From: an uncultured bacterium | GTDB lineage: Bacteria > Eisenbacteria > RBG-16-71-46 | Assembly: GCA_964650245.1 (NCBI GenBank) | Contig: CAZYQK010000002.1 | Span: 1 to 53,983 of the forward strand | Direction of reading: 5' to 3' | Length of the DNA stretch: 53,983 nucleotides | Part shown: positions 18,578-27,869 of the stretch, piece after piece | How the letters are laid out: each line of letters begins with the position of its first letter | Position numbering within the stretch: position 1 is the first letter of the stretch | Made by a program: the position numbers and the translations under genes | Notes under the pieces: model-generated | Database searches by the model: none | The model's input: only the letters and a program-made list of their open reading frames with translations | What the model was told of the DNA's origin: nothing

Positions 18578-21375
18578 CCGGCGCTCCTGAGCGCATCGGG
18601 CCATATCCCATCGAGCGTGAAGTCGGGCGCGGCGGCATGGGCGTGGTCTATCTCGGGCGCGACACGCGGCTCGACCGCCGGGTCGCGATCAAGGTGCTGC
18701 CGGACGCAGTCGCGGCCGACCCCGAGCGGCTGGCGCGCTTCGAGCGCGAGGCGCGGCTGCTGGCCTCGCTCAACCACCCGAACATCGCGGGCATCTACGG
18801 CCTCGAAGAGGCCGAGGGCCGGCGCTTCCTCGCGCTCGAATACGTGGAGGGCGACACGCTCGCCCAGCGCGTCGCGCGCGGTGCGCTGCCGCCCGACGAG
18901 GCGCTCGAAGTTTGCCGGCAGATCGCGGCGGCGCTCGAGGCGGCGCACGAGAGCGGCGTCATCCACCGCGATCTCAAGCCGGGAAACGTCAAGATCACGC
19001 CCACGGGCGAGGTGAAGGTGCTCGACTTCGGTCTCGCCAAGGGCGAAGCGAGCTCGTCGTCGGGCTCCGACCCCGATCTCTCGCACTCTCCGACGCTGAC
19101 CCACGCCGCGGCCACCAGCGCCGGCGTGATCCTGGGCACCGCGGCCTACATGAGCCCGGAGCAGGCGCGCGGCAAGAGCGTGGACCGGCGCACCGACATC
19201 TGGTCGTTCGGGTGCGTGCTCTACGAGTGCCTGACCGGCAGGCAGCTGTTCGCGGGAGAGACGGTCTCCGACACGATTGCGAAGATCCTGGAGCGCGAGC
19301 CGGACTGGGCCGCCCTGCCGCCGCAGACGCCGGCTCTGGCGCGCGAACTGCTGCGCCGTTGTCTGGAGAAGGACGCGAAGAAGCGGCTGCGCGACATCGG
19401 CGACGCGCGCCTCGAGCTCGAAGAGTCGCTGACGCAGCTGCGGTCATCGGGCCGGATGGCGGCCGCCGCGGCGGAGGAGAAGAGACGAGCCCGCGCGGCG
19501 ACACCCTTCTTCACGGTGCGCACGCTTCTGATCGGGGCCGCAGTGGGCGCGATCGCGGGCGTCGCGGCATGGAACGGCGTCGGGCCCGGCGCGTCGCTGA
19601 GGGCGATGTCGAAGGCGTTCGCGACCGCCACCCATCTCTCGGTAACGCTTCCCTCCGAGATTCGCTTCGACTTCGGGGGCCTCTCTCCCGACGGCTCCCG
19701 GCTGGTGTACGTCGGGAGACCCAGGAAATCGGAGGGCGGCACGGAAGAGTCCGTTCCGATGATCTACGTCCGGCGGCTCGACAGCTACGACATGAAGCCA
19801 CTGCCGGGGACGGAAGGGGTCACCGGTTTCGGAATGTCCCGGGACGGCCGATCCATCTTCTTCACGGCTCCCGTGAGCCGCGGTGCCGCGAAGCTCAAGC
19901 TCTCGAGAGTTCCGGCGGACGGCGGCGCGCCGCCGATCTCGCTCACCGATTGGAAGGATGAATGGGAGGGTTTCACCGCGCTCCACGGCGGCGACCTCCT
20001 GCTCACCATGGGTCAGGGCGCGAGCTTTCTGCGGCTACCCGCGGGTGGGGGAGAGGCCGGACCTCCGGCGAAGATTGACGCGGGCAAGTATCGCGGAAGT
20101 CTCTTCGCCACCAGCGTGCTCCCCGGCGACCGGGGCGTGCTCATGAACGGGGTCTCGTACGGATCGCGCGGCTGGTACTACCGGATCGCGCTCCTCGAAC
20201 CGAAATCCGGCAAGGTGCGCTTCCTGCTCGACGACGGCGGGAATGCGGTCTACTCGCCGACCGGGCACCTGCTGTTCACGCGCGGCGACGCGCTGCTCGC
20301 CGCGCCCTTCGATCTGGGCCGACTCGCCCTCACCGGACCACCCGTTCCGATCGTGAGCGGGCTGTGGACCCGCTTCATCGTGGAACCGGCGGCGTTCGAC
20401 CTCGCCGAAAACGGAACCCTGATGTACCGGCCGGGTGGCGCGGTTCGCACCGAGCGACGGCTCGCGATGGTGGATGCGAACGGGAGGGTGGAACCGTGGA
20501 GCCAGGAACGGCGGCCGTACGGGGCTGAGCCTGCGATGTCGCGCGATGGCCGGCGCTTCGTGGTCGTGATCACCAACGCCCAGGGGATCGACGAGATCTG
20601 GGTTTCCGATTTCGACCGTCCGGCGCTGCGCAGGGTCGTGGCCGTGCCGGATGCGGATTGCGACCTGGGCTGCATGAGCCCGGACGGCCAGGCATTCGCA
20701 TACGCGCGGAACGGCCGGGACGAGAAGGATGGGGTGTACCTGCAGCGAACGGATGGTCAGGGAGCGCCGAGGCGCATCATCATCCCCGCCAACCCGAGCG
20801 CCTTTCCTTTCCCGCTCGACTGGTCTCCGGACGGGAGCGCTCTCTTGAGCACCGAGACGATCGAAGGGCGAGCGCACCTCCGCATTCAGCGGTCACTCCT
20901 CACCTCGGGCGACCCCGTCGAGCCGAAGCCGCTGATCTCGGGTTTCGTGGACGAGCTCGACGGAAGGTTCTCCCCCGATGGCAAGCTGATCGCGTTCTCC
21001 TCGAACGAGTCCGGCAAATCCGAGATCTACGTGTGCGCCTATCATCCCGACGGAACGGTGAGCGACCCGGTGCGGGTCTCGAGCGGGGGAGGGCAGTTGC
21101 CCCATTGGACGGCCGGCGGGAAATCCCTGATGTTCGTCGCCAACCCGCGCCGCCTGATGTCGGTGCCGATCACGGCGGCCCCCGAAATCGCCCCCGGCCC
21201 GCAGGTCGAGCTGTTCGATCTCGAGAAGCTGAGGATCAGCAACTTCACGGTTCTGCCCGACGGGCGCCTGTTCGGGATTCTCACCAGCGAGCTGGAACGC
21301 GGCGAGGTCACCGGCCAGAACCTGATTCTCGGTTTCTCGAGCCAGCTGAAACGCACGATGGCATCCCGCCGCTGA
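18574..21375 (+). CDS. membrane-anchored Ser/Thr protein kinase with periplasmic PD40/TolB-like beta-propeller
   Basis: Internal ATG at 18574 of ORF 18343..21375, overlapping the kinase-1 stop (ATGA). The kinase domain is intact ([51 protein letters not shown]). One TM helix follows ([16 protein letters not shown]), then repeated SPDG/SRDG PD40-type blades. Confidence 0.85.
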   Translation: MTGAPERIGPYPIEREVGRGGMGVVYLGRDTRLDRRVAIKVLPDAVAADPERLARFEREARLLASLNHPNIAGIYGLEEAEGRRFLALEYVEGDTLAQRVARGALPPDEALEVCRQIAAALEAAHESGVIHRDLKPGNVKITPTGEVKVLDFGLAKGEASSSSGSDPDLSHSPTLTHAAATSAGVILGTAAYMSPEQARGKSVDRRTDIWSFGCVLYECLTGRQLFAGETVSDTIAKILEREPDWAALPPQTPALARELLRRCLEKDAKKRLRDIGDARLELEESLTQLRSSGRMAAAAAEEKRRARAATPFFTVRTLLIGAAVGAIAGVAAWNGVGPGASLRAMSKAFATATHLSVTLPSEIRFDFGGLSPDGSRLVYVGRPRKSEGGTEESVPMIYVRRLDSYDMKPLPGTEGVTGFGMSRDGRSIFFTAPVSRGAAKLKLSRVPADGGAPPISLTDWKDEWEGFTALHGGDLLLTMGQGASFLRLPAGGGEAGPPAKIDAGKYRGSLFATSVLPGDRGVLMNGVSYGSRGWYYRIALLEPKSGKVRFLLDDGGNAVYSPTGHLLFTRGDALLAAPFDLGRLALTGPPVPIVSGLWTRFIVEPAAFDLAENGTLMYRPGGAVRTERRLAMVDANGRVEPWSQERRPYGAEPAMSRDGRRFVVVITNAQGIDEIWVSDFDRPALRRVVAVPDADCDLGCMSPDGQAFAYARNGRDEKDGVYLQRTDGQGAPRRIIIPANPSAFPFPLDWSPDGSALLSTETIEGRAHLRIQRSLLTSGDPVEPKPLISGFVDELDGRFSPDGKLIAFSSNESGKSEIYVCAYHPDGTVSDPVRVSSGGGQLPHWTAGGKSLMFVANPRRLMSVPITAAPEIAPGPQVELFDLEKLRISNFTVLPDGRLFGILTSELERGEVTGQNLILGFSSQLKRTMASRR

Positions 21376-21487
21376 GGGCCCGCGCCGCGCCCCGAGATGG
21401 GGCCTCAAGTCCACCCCGCCCTCCGGCCGATGACAGACGGGAACCCGAGCCGGGATCGACCGGCTTCCTGTACCGGATGGAGGAGCC

Positions 21488-22123
21488 ATGGCTCTCATGC
21501 CCGAACCCGCGCCCCGCGCGAACGACGCCCCCTCTTATGCCACCACCGTCAGCCTCAAGCTGACCCTCAAGGGCCAGCTGGTTCAGAGCTACGGTTTGGA
21601 GCAGGACACCATCACCGTGGGCCGCGATCCTCAGTGCGACGTCTACGTCGACAATCCCGGGGTGTCGCGTCAGCACTTCCGCATCGAGCGCGGCGACACC
21701 GGCGAGTTCCGCGTGGTGGACGCCGGCAGCTCGAACGGCACGTATCTGAACGATCGCCCGGTCAAGGTCGCCACGCTGCGCGACGGCGACACCGTCCAGT
21801 TCGGCAAGTACGCGCTCGAGGTGGGAATCGACGAGCTGGTGGGTGCTCAGGGCTCGGCTCGGCGCGGCGCGGCGCGCGGGAGCGAAGGAGCGACCGTGAT
21901 GCTTTCGCCGGCCGAGGTGCGCCACATGGTGGCCGAGGCCAGGGCCGCCGGCCAGGCCGGCACGCCTTCCCCGGCTGCCGCCCACCAGCCGCCGCTCAAG
22001 CTGGTGAGCCCCGCGGCGCCACCGGTGACGGGTTCCCAATCGTCCGCCTGGAGGTCGTGGATCGCGGTCTGCGCGGTGACGCTGGTCGCCGCCGCTATCG
22101 CGATCTGGTTGCTGGCGCGCTGA
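21488..22123 (+). CDS. FHA-domain protein with C-terminal membrane anchor
   Basis: FHA signature ITVGRDPQCDVYVDNPGVSRQHFRIER...SSNGTYLNDRPV. The C-terminal TM is WIAVCAVTLVAAAIAIWLLA. GGAGGAG lies just upstream of the ATG. Confidence 0.8.
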   Translation: MALMPEPAPRANDAPSYATTVSLKLTLKGQLVQSYGLEQDTITVGRDPQCDVYVDNPGVSRQHFRIERGDTGEFRVVDAGSSNGTYLNDRPVKVATLRDGDTVQFGKYALEVGIDELVGAQGSARRGAARGSEGATVMLSPAEVRHMVAEARAAGQAGTPSPAAAHQPPLKLVSPAAPPVTGSQSSAWRSWIAVCAVTLVAAAIAIWLLAR

Positions 22124-22166
22124 GCGCTTCCTAAGCACCGCGGCGGTTCGCGGCGTCGCGCATACC

Positions 22167-23168
22167 TCACGCGCCCCGCAGCGCGGCCTCGGGCGAGCTG
22201 AACAGCGAGCCGATCGCGCTCCGCCACAGTCGGGCGCGCGGCAGGCGCGGCCGGCGCTCGCCCCACGGGAACGTGGGATCGCGCCGCGCGTGGTCGAGCG
22301 AGCCCAGCGCCCACACCGCGGGCCACAGGCAGAACAGGCGGTAGCGCACCGCGCGCCCCGGCACCAGCGCCAGGTAGTCCGGTACCCGCTTGAGCGCGGC
22401 GCGGGCGAGCGCTTCGAGCCGCGCCGCCAGCTCGCGCACGCCGGGATGCTCCCGCCCCACCAGATCGCGCGGCGCGAGGCCGCGCTCCGCGAGCCACGCC
22501 GCCGGCACGTAACAGCGCCCGCGCCGCACGTCCGCCGGCCAGTCGAGCAGGATGTTGGTGAGCTGGAGCGCCTCGCCTACCACCGGCGCGAGTGCCAGCC
22601 TGAGCATCTCGCGCGCCGCGTTGCGCGCCGGAACGCGCTCGGCAAAGAGACGCGTGAGCATGACGCCGACGCAGCCGGCGACCACGTGACAGTAGTCGTG
22701 AAGCTCGGCCTCGCTGTCGAGATAGGGGGTGCCGGGAGGGCGTTCCGCCGCGCGCGCGGCGTAGCGGCTCATGCCGCCCGCCATCTGGCGAACGCAATCG
22801 GCGACCAGCTCGCGATCGCGGGTGGGCAGCGCGCCGAACACCCGCAGCACCGCCGGCAGGCGCGTGACCAGCTCGAGGTCGTCGCGGCCGCGGGCGACCG
22901 CCGCGGCGCGGCGCGCGAGCTCCGAGGCGGCGGCATCGTCACCGGCGAGCGAGCGCTCGAGCGCCGTGAACCGGTCGCGGAACTCCTCCGAATCGCCCGG
23001 CCACGAATCCTCCAGCGCGTCGGCGGTGCGGCACAGCAAGTAACCGGTCCGCACCGACTCGCCGAGCGAGCCGTTGAGGAGCCGGATGCTGATCGCGAAG
23101 GTGCGAGAGACGCGGGGCAGCACGGCGCGACAGTAGCGGCGATCCTCGCGTTGGGGAGGCGCATGCAT
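22167..23168 (-). CDS. squalene/phytoene synthase family protein
   Basis: Both Asp-rich motifs are present in the expected context: YLLCRTADALED and LTNILLDWPADVRRGRCYVP. The overall trans-isoprenyl diphosphate synthase head-to-head pattern is present. Confidence 0.8.
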   Translation of the reverse strand: MHAPPQREDRRYCRAVLPRVSRTFAISIRLLNGSLGESVRTGYLLCRTADALEDSWPGDSEEFRDRFTALERSLAGDDAAASELARRAAAVARGRDDLELVTRLPAVLRVFGALPTRDRELVADCVRQMAGGMSRYAARAAERPPGTPYLDSEAELHDYCHVVAGCVGVMLTRLFAERVPARNAAREMLRLALAPVVGEALQLTNILLDWPADVRRGRCYVPAAWLAERGLAPRDLVGREHPGVRELAARLEALARAALKRVPDYLALVPGRAVRYRLFCLWPAVWALGSLDHARRDPTFPWGERRPRLPRARLWRSAIGSLFSSPEAALRGA

Positions 23169-23331
23169 GGGAAGCCGCAGACTAGCACTCGGGCCGGGGC
23201 GTCACTACACTGCGGGGCGTCCGGGCCGCATCGCTCGCTCGGCCGGATGTTGACGCGCCCCTCGCCCGTCTGCCGGGGTCAATCTCAAGGCCGCTCGAGG
23301 AGCTGCCGATAATGGATGTCGGGGTCCCACC

Positions 23332-25209
23332 TTGATTCCAGCCCGCTTTCCCGCCCGCTTCGCCACCGCCGCGCTCACGCTGGCGCTGGTGTGCGCACCC
23401 GCCGCCGCTCGCGCCCAGGACTATCCGCGCCTCGGCCTCTACTGCTCGATGTACGGCGACGGATTCCCGCTGTGGGACGTGAACGGCGCCCTTCAAGATT
23501 CCGCGCTCGCCGCGATCGCGCGCTATCACCAGGTGGTCCTCGACGCGAGCCCGATCACCCCGTACCGGCCCGATGCCGCGGCCGCGCTGCGCGTCCGGCA
23601 TCCCGGGATCAAACTCTACGCCTACGTCACGGGACACAACATCTGGGGGGCCAACAACGCCGACAGCACGATCCACTACCCGACCCGCTACAACCACCTG
23701 GTGCGCAGCCTCGGCGGCTACCTCTACGACACCGCCGGCCGGCTGTTCGACGGTTCCGACGTCAACCTCGCGAAGCGGGACGCGAACGGCCGCTTCATCG
23801 TGGCCGAATCGCTCGCCGACCTCTTCATGAACGCCATCGTGACGACCGGCATCTGGGACGGCATGTTCCTCGACGTCTACTGCAAGTCCATCCTGTGGAT
23901 GGAAGGCCCGGGCGTCCAGATCGATTACGTTCGCGCCGGCTACCCCAGCCTCTCCGCGTTCGACCAGGCCTGGGGCGCGGGAGTGGACACGCTCGGCAAC
24001 CGGCTGAAGCGGCTCGCGGGGCCCTCGTTCGAGTTGATCGGGAACTGCGGGCAGAGCACCAACTACGGCTCGTTCAACGGCTGGATGCGCGAGAATTTTC
24101 CGTACCAGAACGGCGGCGACTGGTACCAGAACATGTATCGCATTCCGGGCGGCTACTTCGTGGACGACGCGCGGTTTCTCCCGCCGCAGAGCAACTACCT
24201 CTTCAGCGCGCTGGTGGCCAGCGACCCCTACGATCCGAACAACGCGCGCAAGGCGCGCCTGGGGCTCGCGAGCGCGGCGCTGGGGAAGGGTTACAGTGTG
24301 TTCGGACCTTCCGACCGCCGCTCGCGTCCGTTCCCGTACCACATGTGGTGGTACGACGAGTACGGCGTGGACCTCGCCACCGGCGGCGCGTCGGGTCTGA
24401 TCCAGCACACCGGGTGGCTAGGCCAGCCGCTCGGCGACTACTACCAGATGATCTGGATCGGGACCAATCCCGACGTCGTCACCAATTCCGATTTCGAAAC
24501 CGATGTCACGAGCGGCTGGCGATTCAGCGCCGGCGTCCCGGCGACTCTGATGCGCGACGTCGGGACCGCCGCCGTGGGGTCGGCGTCCGCGCGGGTGACG
24601 GTCTCGGCCGCGGGTTCCGTGTCCTGGGCCGTGGGGTTCGGCACCGTCGGCACGATGCCGCTGAGCGCTGGGCAGCCTTACTCGGCCAGCTTCTGGGCCA
24701 GGGCGTCCGCTCCACGCACCATCGTGGTCGCGGCCGGCCCCACCGCGTCGCTCCGCATCGCGATCACGACTTCGTGGAAGCGGTACCAGGTCACGCTTCT
24801 ACCCTACGCCGACGGGAACGCGGGTTTGCAGCTCTTCCTCGCGGAGGCGGCGGGCGACGTGTGGTTCGACGACGTGCACTTCCAGCCCGGCGTCACCAAC
24901 CTCTATCGGAGGGACTTCCAGAACGGGATCGTGCTGGTGAATCCGTCGAACGATGTGCTCACCGTGCCGCTCGAGCACCTCTATCGGAAGATTCGCGGCG
25001 TCTCGGACCCTGCGACCAACGACGGCACGATCGTGGCCCTGGTGACCGTGAACCCGAGCGACGCGCTGTTCCTGATCGGGGACGACCGCATTCCACCCGC
25101 GGCGATCATGGATCTCCAGACCGGGTCGGCCTGGCAGCCGCACCTACGCGCGCGGCGGCCGCAGGCAGGGGGCGGGTCTTCACAGCCGCCCCCGCCGCAC
25201 GACCCTTAA
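23332..25209 (+). CDS. secreted putative glycoside-hydrolase-like TIM-barrel protein with CBM4/9-like module
   Basis: The signal peptide is ATAALTLALVCAPAAARAQ. The N-terminal ~380 aa resemble the 'putative glycosyl hydrolase-like' (GHL) families as I recall them. The central segment NSDFETDVTSGW...FWARAS...WKRYQVTL looks like a CBM4_9 beta-sandwich. The TTG start is as given in the ORF track. Confidence 0.55.
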   Translation: MIPARFPARFATAALTLALVCAPAAARAQDYPRLGLYCSMYGDGFPLWDVNGALQDSALAAIARYHQVVLDASPITPYRPDAAAALRVRHPGIKLYAYVTGHNIWGANNADSTIHYPTRYNHLVRSLGGYLYDTAGRLFDGSDVNLAKRDANGRFIVAESLADLFMNAIVTTGIWDGMFLDVYCKSILWMEGPGVQIDYVRAGYPSLSAFDQAWGAGVDTLGNRLKRLAGPSFELIGNCGQSTNYGSFNGWMRENFPYQNGGDWYQNMYRIPGGYFVDDARFLPPQSNYLFSALVASDPYDPNNARKARLGLASAALGKGYSVFGPSDRRSRPFPYHMWWYDEYGVDLATGGASGLIQHTGWLGQPLGDYYQMIWIGTNPDVVTNSDFETDVTSGWRFSAGVPATLMRDVGTAAVGSASARVTVSAAGSVSWAVGFGTVGTMPLSAGQPYSASFWARASAPRTIVVAAGPTASLRIAITTSWKRYQVTLLPYADGNAGLQLFLAEAAGDVWFDDVHFQPGVTNLYRRDFQNGIVLVNPSNDVLTVPLEHLYRKIRGVSDPATNDGTIVALVTVNPSDALFLIGDDRIPPAAIMDLQTGSAWQPHLRARRPQAGGGSSQPPPPHDP

Positions 25210-25670
25210 GCGACCTCCTCCACCTCCGCCGTCCAGCTCACCGCGACCGCGCCTTTCAGCGAGGCCGCAGTCGGGCAGCGCTCCTGATGGCGCGCGAGCG
25301 CGCGATCCACCACCTCGCGCGTGCCGGGCGGGATCCGGAGCCGGTAGCGTATCCGCACCTCGGTCAGCACCGGCAGCCCGTCGCGCACCTCGTTCAAGCC
25401 CTCCACCTCGGCGCGGATCGCGTCGTCCTCGAGCTTCACCTGCCGCACCTCCAGCGCGGCGATCAGGGTGCCGAGCATTCAGCCGCCGGTGGCGGCCACG
25501 ATGTAGTCCACCGGCAGCGGCAGCGCGCGCGGTGGCACGAGCTTGAACAGCTCGACGATCGGGCCGTGCACGCCCATGTCCACGGTTTCACCGGTGGGAA
25601 GGTGCGCCCGGCGGTGGAGATGGCCGGTTTTCTCGAGCGTGACGCGGGAGACGTAGAGCGGGTCGGACAC
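25206..25670 (-). CDS. OsmC/Ohr-family peroxiredoxin-like protein with an in-frame TGA at the conserved first Cys position (selenocysteine candidate or nonsense mutation)
   Basis: ORFs 25479..25670 and 25206..25478 are contiguous and in the same frame, separated only by TGA (25481..25479). The joined product reads ...LPLPVDYIVAATGG[TGA]MLGTLIAAL...ARHQERCPTAASLKG. The TGA sits where OsmC-family proteins have ...aGC..., and the second conserved Cys (CP motif) is present. Confidence 0.6.
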
Positions 25671-25877
25671 GTGAGGGCCTCACTGGAGGAGGTGCGCTGC
25701 GCGTGCTGCGCCGTGGGCCGCTCCACCTTTGCGCTTGCGTCCCGCCCAGTCCATCCCTAAATTCGCCGCGCTTCCCGCACCCGGGAGGCGCCTTCGGGGA
25801 GCGCCGGGCGCGGCGCTCCATCGCGCTCGCCGCCACCGCCGGCGCTCCGGCCCGGCGCTTGGGCCCGCAGAGGATCC

Positions 25878-26813
25878 ATGGCTTCCACCACGGCGTTTCG
25901 AATCGCGGGCCGGCTGTCGCTCGCGACCACGCTGCTCATGTTCGGGCTGATGGTGCTGGGCTCGGTGGTGCGCAGCACAGGCTCCGGGCTCGCCTGCCCG
26001 GACTGGCCGCTGTGCCAGGGCCGGCTGATCCCGCCGTTTCAGTTCAACGTGCTCATCGAGTGGTTCCACCGGCTGGCCGCGCTGCTGGTGAGCGTGCTGC
26101 TGTTCGCCACGGCGGGGTGGATCCTGCTGCATCGCACGACTCGCTCGAAGCTGGGCGGGCTCGCGACGCTGGCGGTGGTGCTGCTCGCGGCGCAGGTGCT
26201 GCTCGGAGCGCTCACGGTGTGGAAGCTGCTCTCACCGGCGGTGGTGAGCGGCCATCTTGCGGTGGCGCTGCTGCTGTTCGCGACATTGCTCTCGCTCACG
26301 CTGATCGCGCGCGAGGAGTCCGAGCCCGACGCGGCTGAGCCGCGGCCGCTGCGCCCGCCGGGGCTGCTCGCCACGCTCGCGATCGCGACCGCGATGGCCT
26401 GCGGCCAGGCGCTGCTGGGCGGCATGGTGAGCACCAGCCACGCAGGGCTCGCGTGCCCCGACTGGCCGGGCTGTAACGGCCGGCTCTTTCCCCCGCTCGA
26501 GGGGCCCGAAGGCCTCCACATGCTTCATCGCTACGGCGCATACGCGCTCACCGCCATGATGATGCTGGTCGCGATCCGCGCGCGCACTGCTCCCGATGCC
26601 GCGGTGCGGGCGGGCGGGGCCATGGCGTTCGGCCTCACGCTCGCGCAGGTGGTGCTCGGGGTGTGCAACGTGCTGCTCGGGACCCCGCCCTGGCTCTCGG
26701 CGATGCACCTCGCGACCGCGGTGGCGATTCTCGCGCTGCTGCTGGTTGCGTCCTTCCGGGCCGCGGCGCTGCCCGCGCGCGAGGCGCGCGTGGCGCTGGT
26801 GGCGACCCCATGA
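25878..26813 (+). CDS. ctaA: heme A synthase (COX15/CtaA)
   Basis: Polytopic 311-aa ORF with GSGLACPDWPLCQG and HAGLACPDWPGCNG repeats and the EWFHR / HMLHRY histidine motifs. Confidence 0.85.
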   Translation: MASTTAFRIAGRLSLATTLLMFGLMVLGSVVRSTGSGLACPDWPLCQGRLIPPFQFNVLIEWFHRLAALLVSVLLFATAGWILLHRTTRSKLGGLATLAVVLLAAQVLLGALTVWKLLSPAVVSGHLAVALLLFATLLSLTLIAREESEPDAAEPRPLRPPGLLATLAIATAMACGQALLGGMVSTSHAGLACPDWPGCNGRLFPPLEGPEGLHMLHRYGAYALTAMMMLVAIRARTAPDAAVRAGGAMAFGLTLAQVVLGVCNVLLGTPPWLSAMHLATAVAILALLLVASFRAAALPAREARVALVATP

Positions 26814-27724
26814 GCCTCGCGCTGGCCGAGCCCTCGGTGCGGCGCCTGGCACTCGCCTATCTCGAGCTCACCAAGCCGCGCATCGTGACGCTGGTGGTGA
26901 TCACCGGCGTGCCCGCGCTCCTGATCGCGGCGCAGGGGATGCCGCCCGCCCACATCTTCTTCGGCACGCTGGCGGGCACCATGATGGCGGCGGCCTCGGC
27001 GGCGAGCTTCAACATGTACTTCGACCGCGATCTCGACGGGCTGATGCGCCGCACCGCGAGCCGCCCGCTGCCCTCCGGGCTGCTCCCGCCCTCCAGCGCG
27101 CTGGGTCTGGGCTGCGTGCTGGCGGGGCTCTCGTGGGTGACGCTGCTCACCTTCACCCACCTGCTGGCGGGGCTGATCGCGCTCGCGTCGATCTTCTACT
27201 ACGCCGTGGTCTACACGGTGTGGCTCAAGCGCCGCACGCCGCAGAACATCGTGATCGGGGGCGCCGCGGGTGCCGCGGCGCCGCTCATCGCGTGGGCCGC
27301 GGTGACGGGGGGCGTCAGCGTGCCGGCCGTGCTGCTCGCGGGCATCGTGTTCCTGTGGACGCCGCCGCATTTCTGGGCGCTCGCGCTCTACCGGCTCGAC
27401 GACTACGCGCACGCCCACGTGCCGATGCTGCCGGTGACGCACGGCGAAGACGAGACGCGGCGGCAGATCCTGCTCTACTCGCTGACCCTGGTGCCGGTGA
27501 CCCTGGCGCTGGTGCCGCTCGGGGTGGCGGGCTGGGTCTACGGCGTGCCGGCGGCGCTGCTGGGCGCGGCGTTCGTGTTCGGCGCGGCCCGGCTGCGGCG
27601 CTCGAAGAGCGGCGCGCACGCCACGCAGCTCTTCCGCTTCTCGATCCTCTACCTGTTCCTGCTGTTCGTGATGCTCACGCTGGACGCCGTGGTGCGGATC
27701 GCGGTGCGGGGCGGGGGGGCGTGA
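26810..27724 (+). CDS. ctaB: protoheme IX farnesyltransferase (heme O synthase)
   Basis: Internal ATG at 26810, overlapping the ctaA stop (ATGA). The translation contains YLELTKPRIVTLVVITG...NMYFDRDLDGLMRRTASRPLPSG...WTPPHFWALAL. Confidence 0.9.
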   Translation: MSLALAEPSVRRLALAYLELTKPRIVTLVVITGVPALLIAAQGMPPAHIFFGTLAGTMMAAASAASFNMYFDRDLDGLMRRTASRPLPSGLLPPSSALGLGCVLAGLSWVTLLTFTHLLAGLIALASIFYYAVVYTVWLKRRTPQNIVIGGAAGAAAPLIAWAAVTGGVSVPAVLLAGIVFLWTPPHFWALALYRLDDYAHAHVPMLPVTHGEDETRRQILLYSLTLVPVTLALVPLGVAGWVYGVPAALLGAAFVFGAARLRRSKSGAHATQLFRFSILYLFLLFVMLTLDAVVRIAVRGGGA

Positions 27725-27869
27725 GCGGGCGGCCCGGGAGCCGGGAGACCGCGCCGCGATCCACAATCCGGTTTCACTCCGGTGCTGCAGCGTGGTAGTT
27801 TTCCGCGCGACTTTTTGCCCGCGAGTGCGAGTCCAGGACCCGAGTCACCCGACCCCCACAGGGAAGCCC

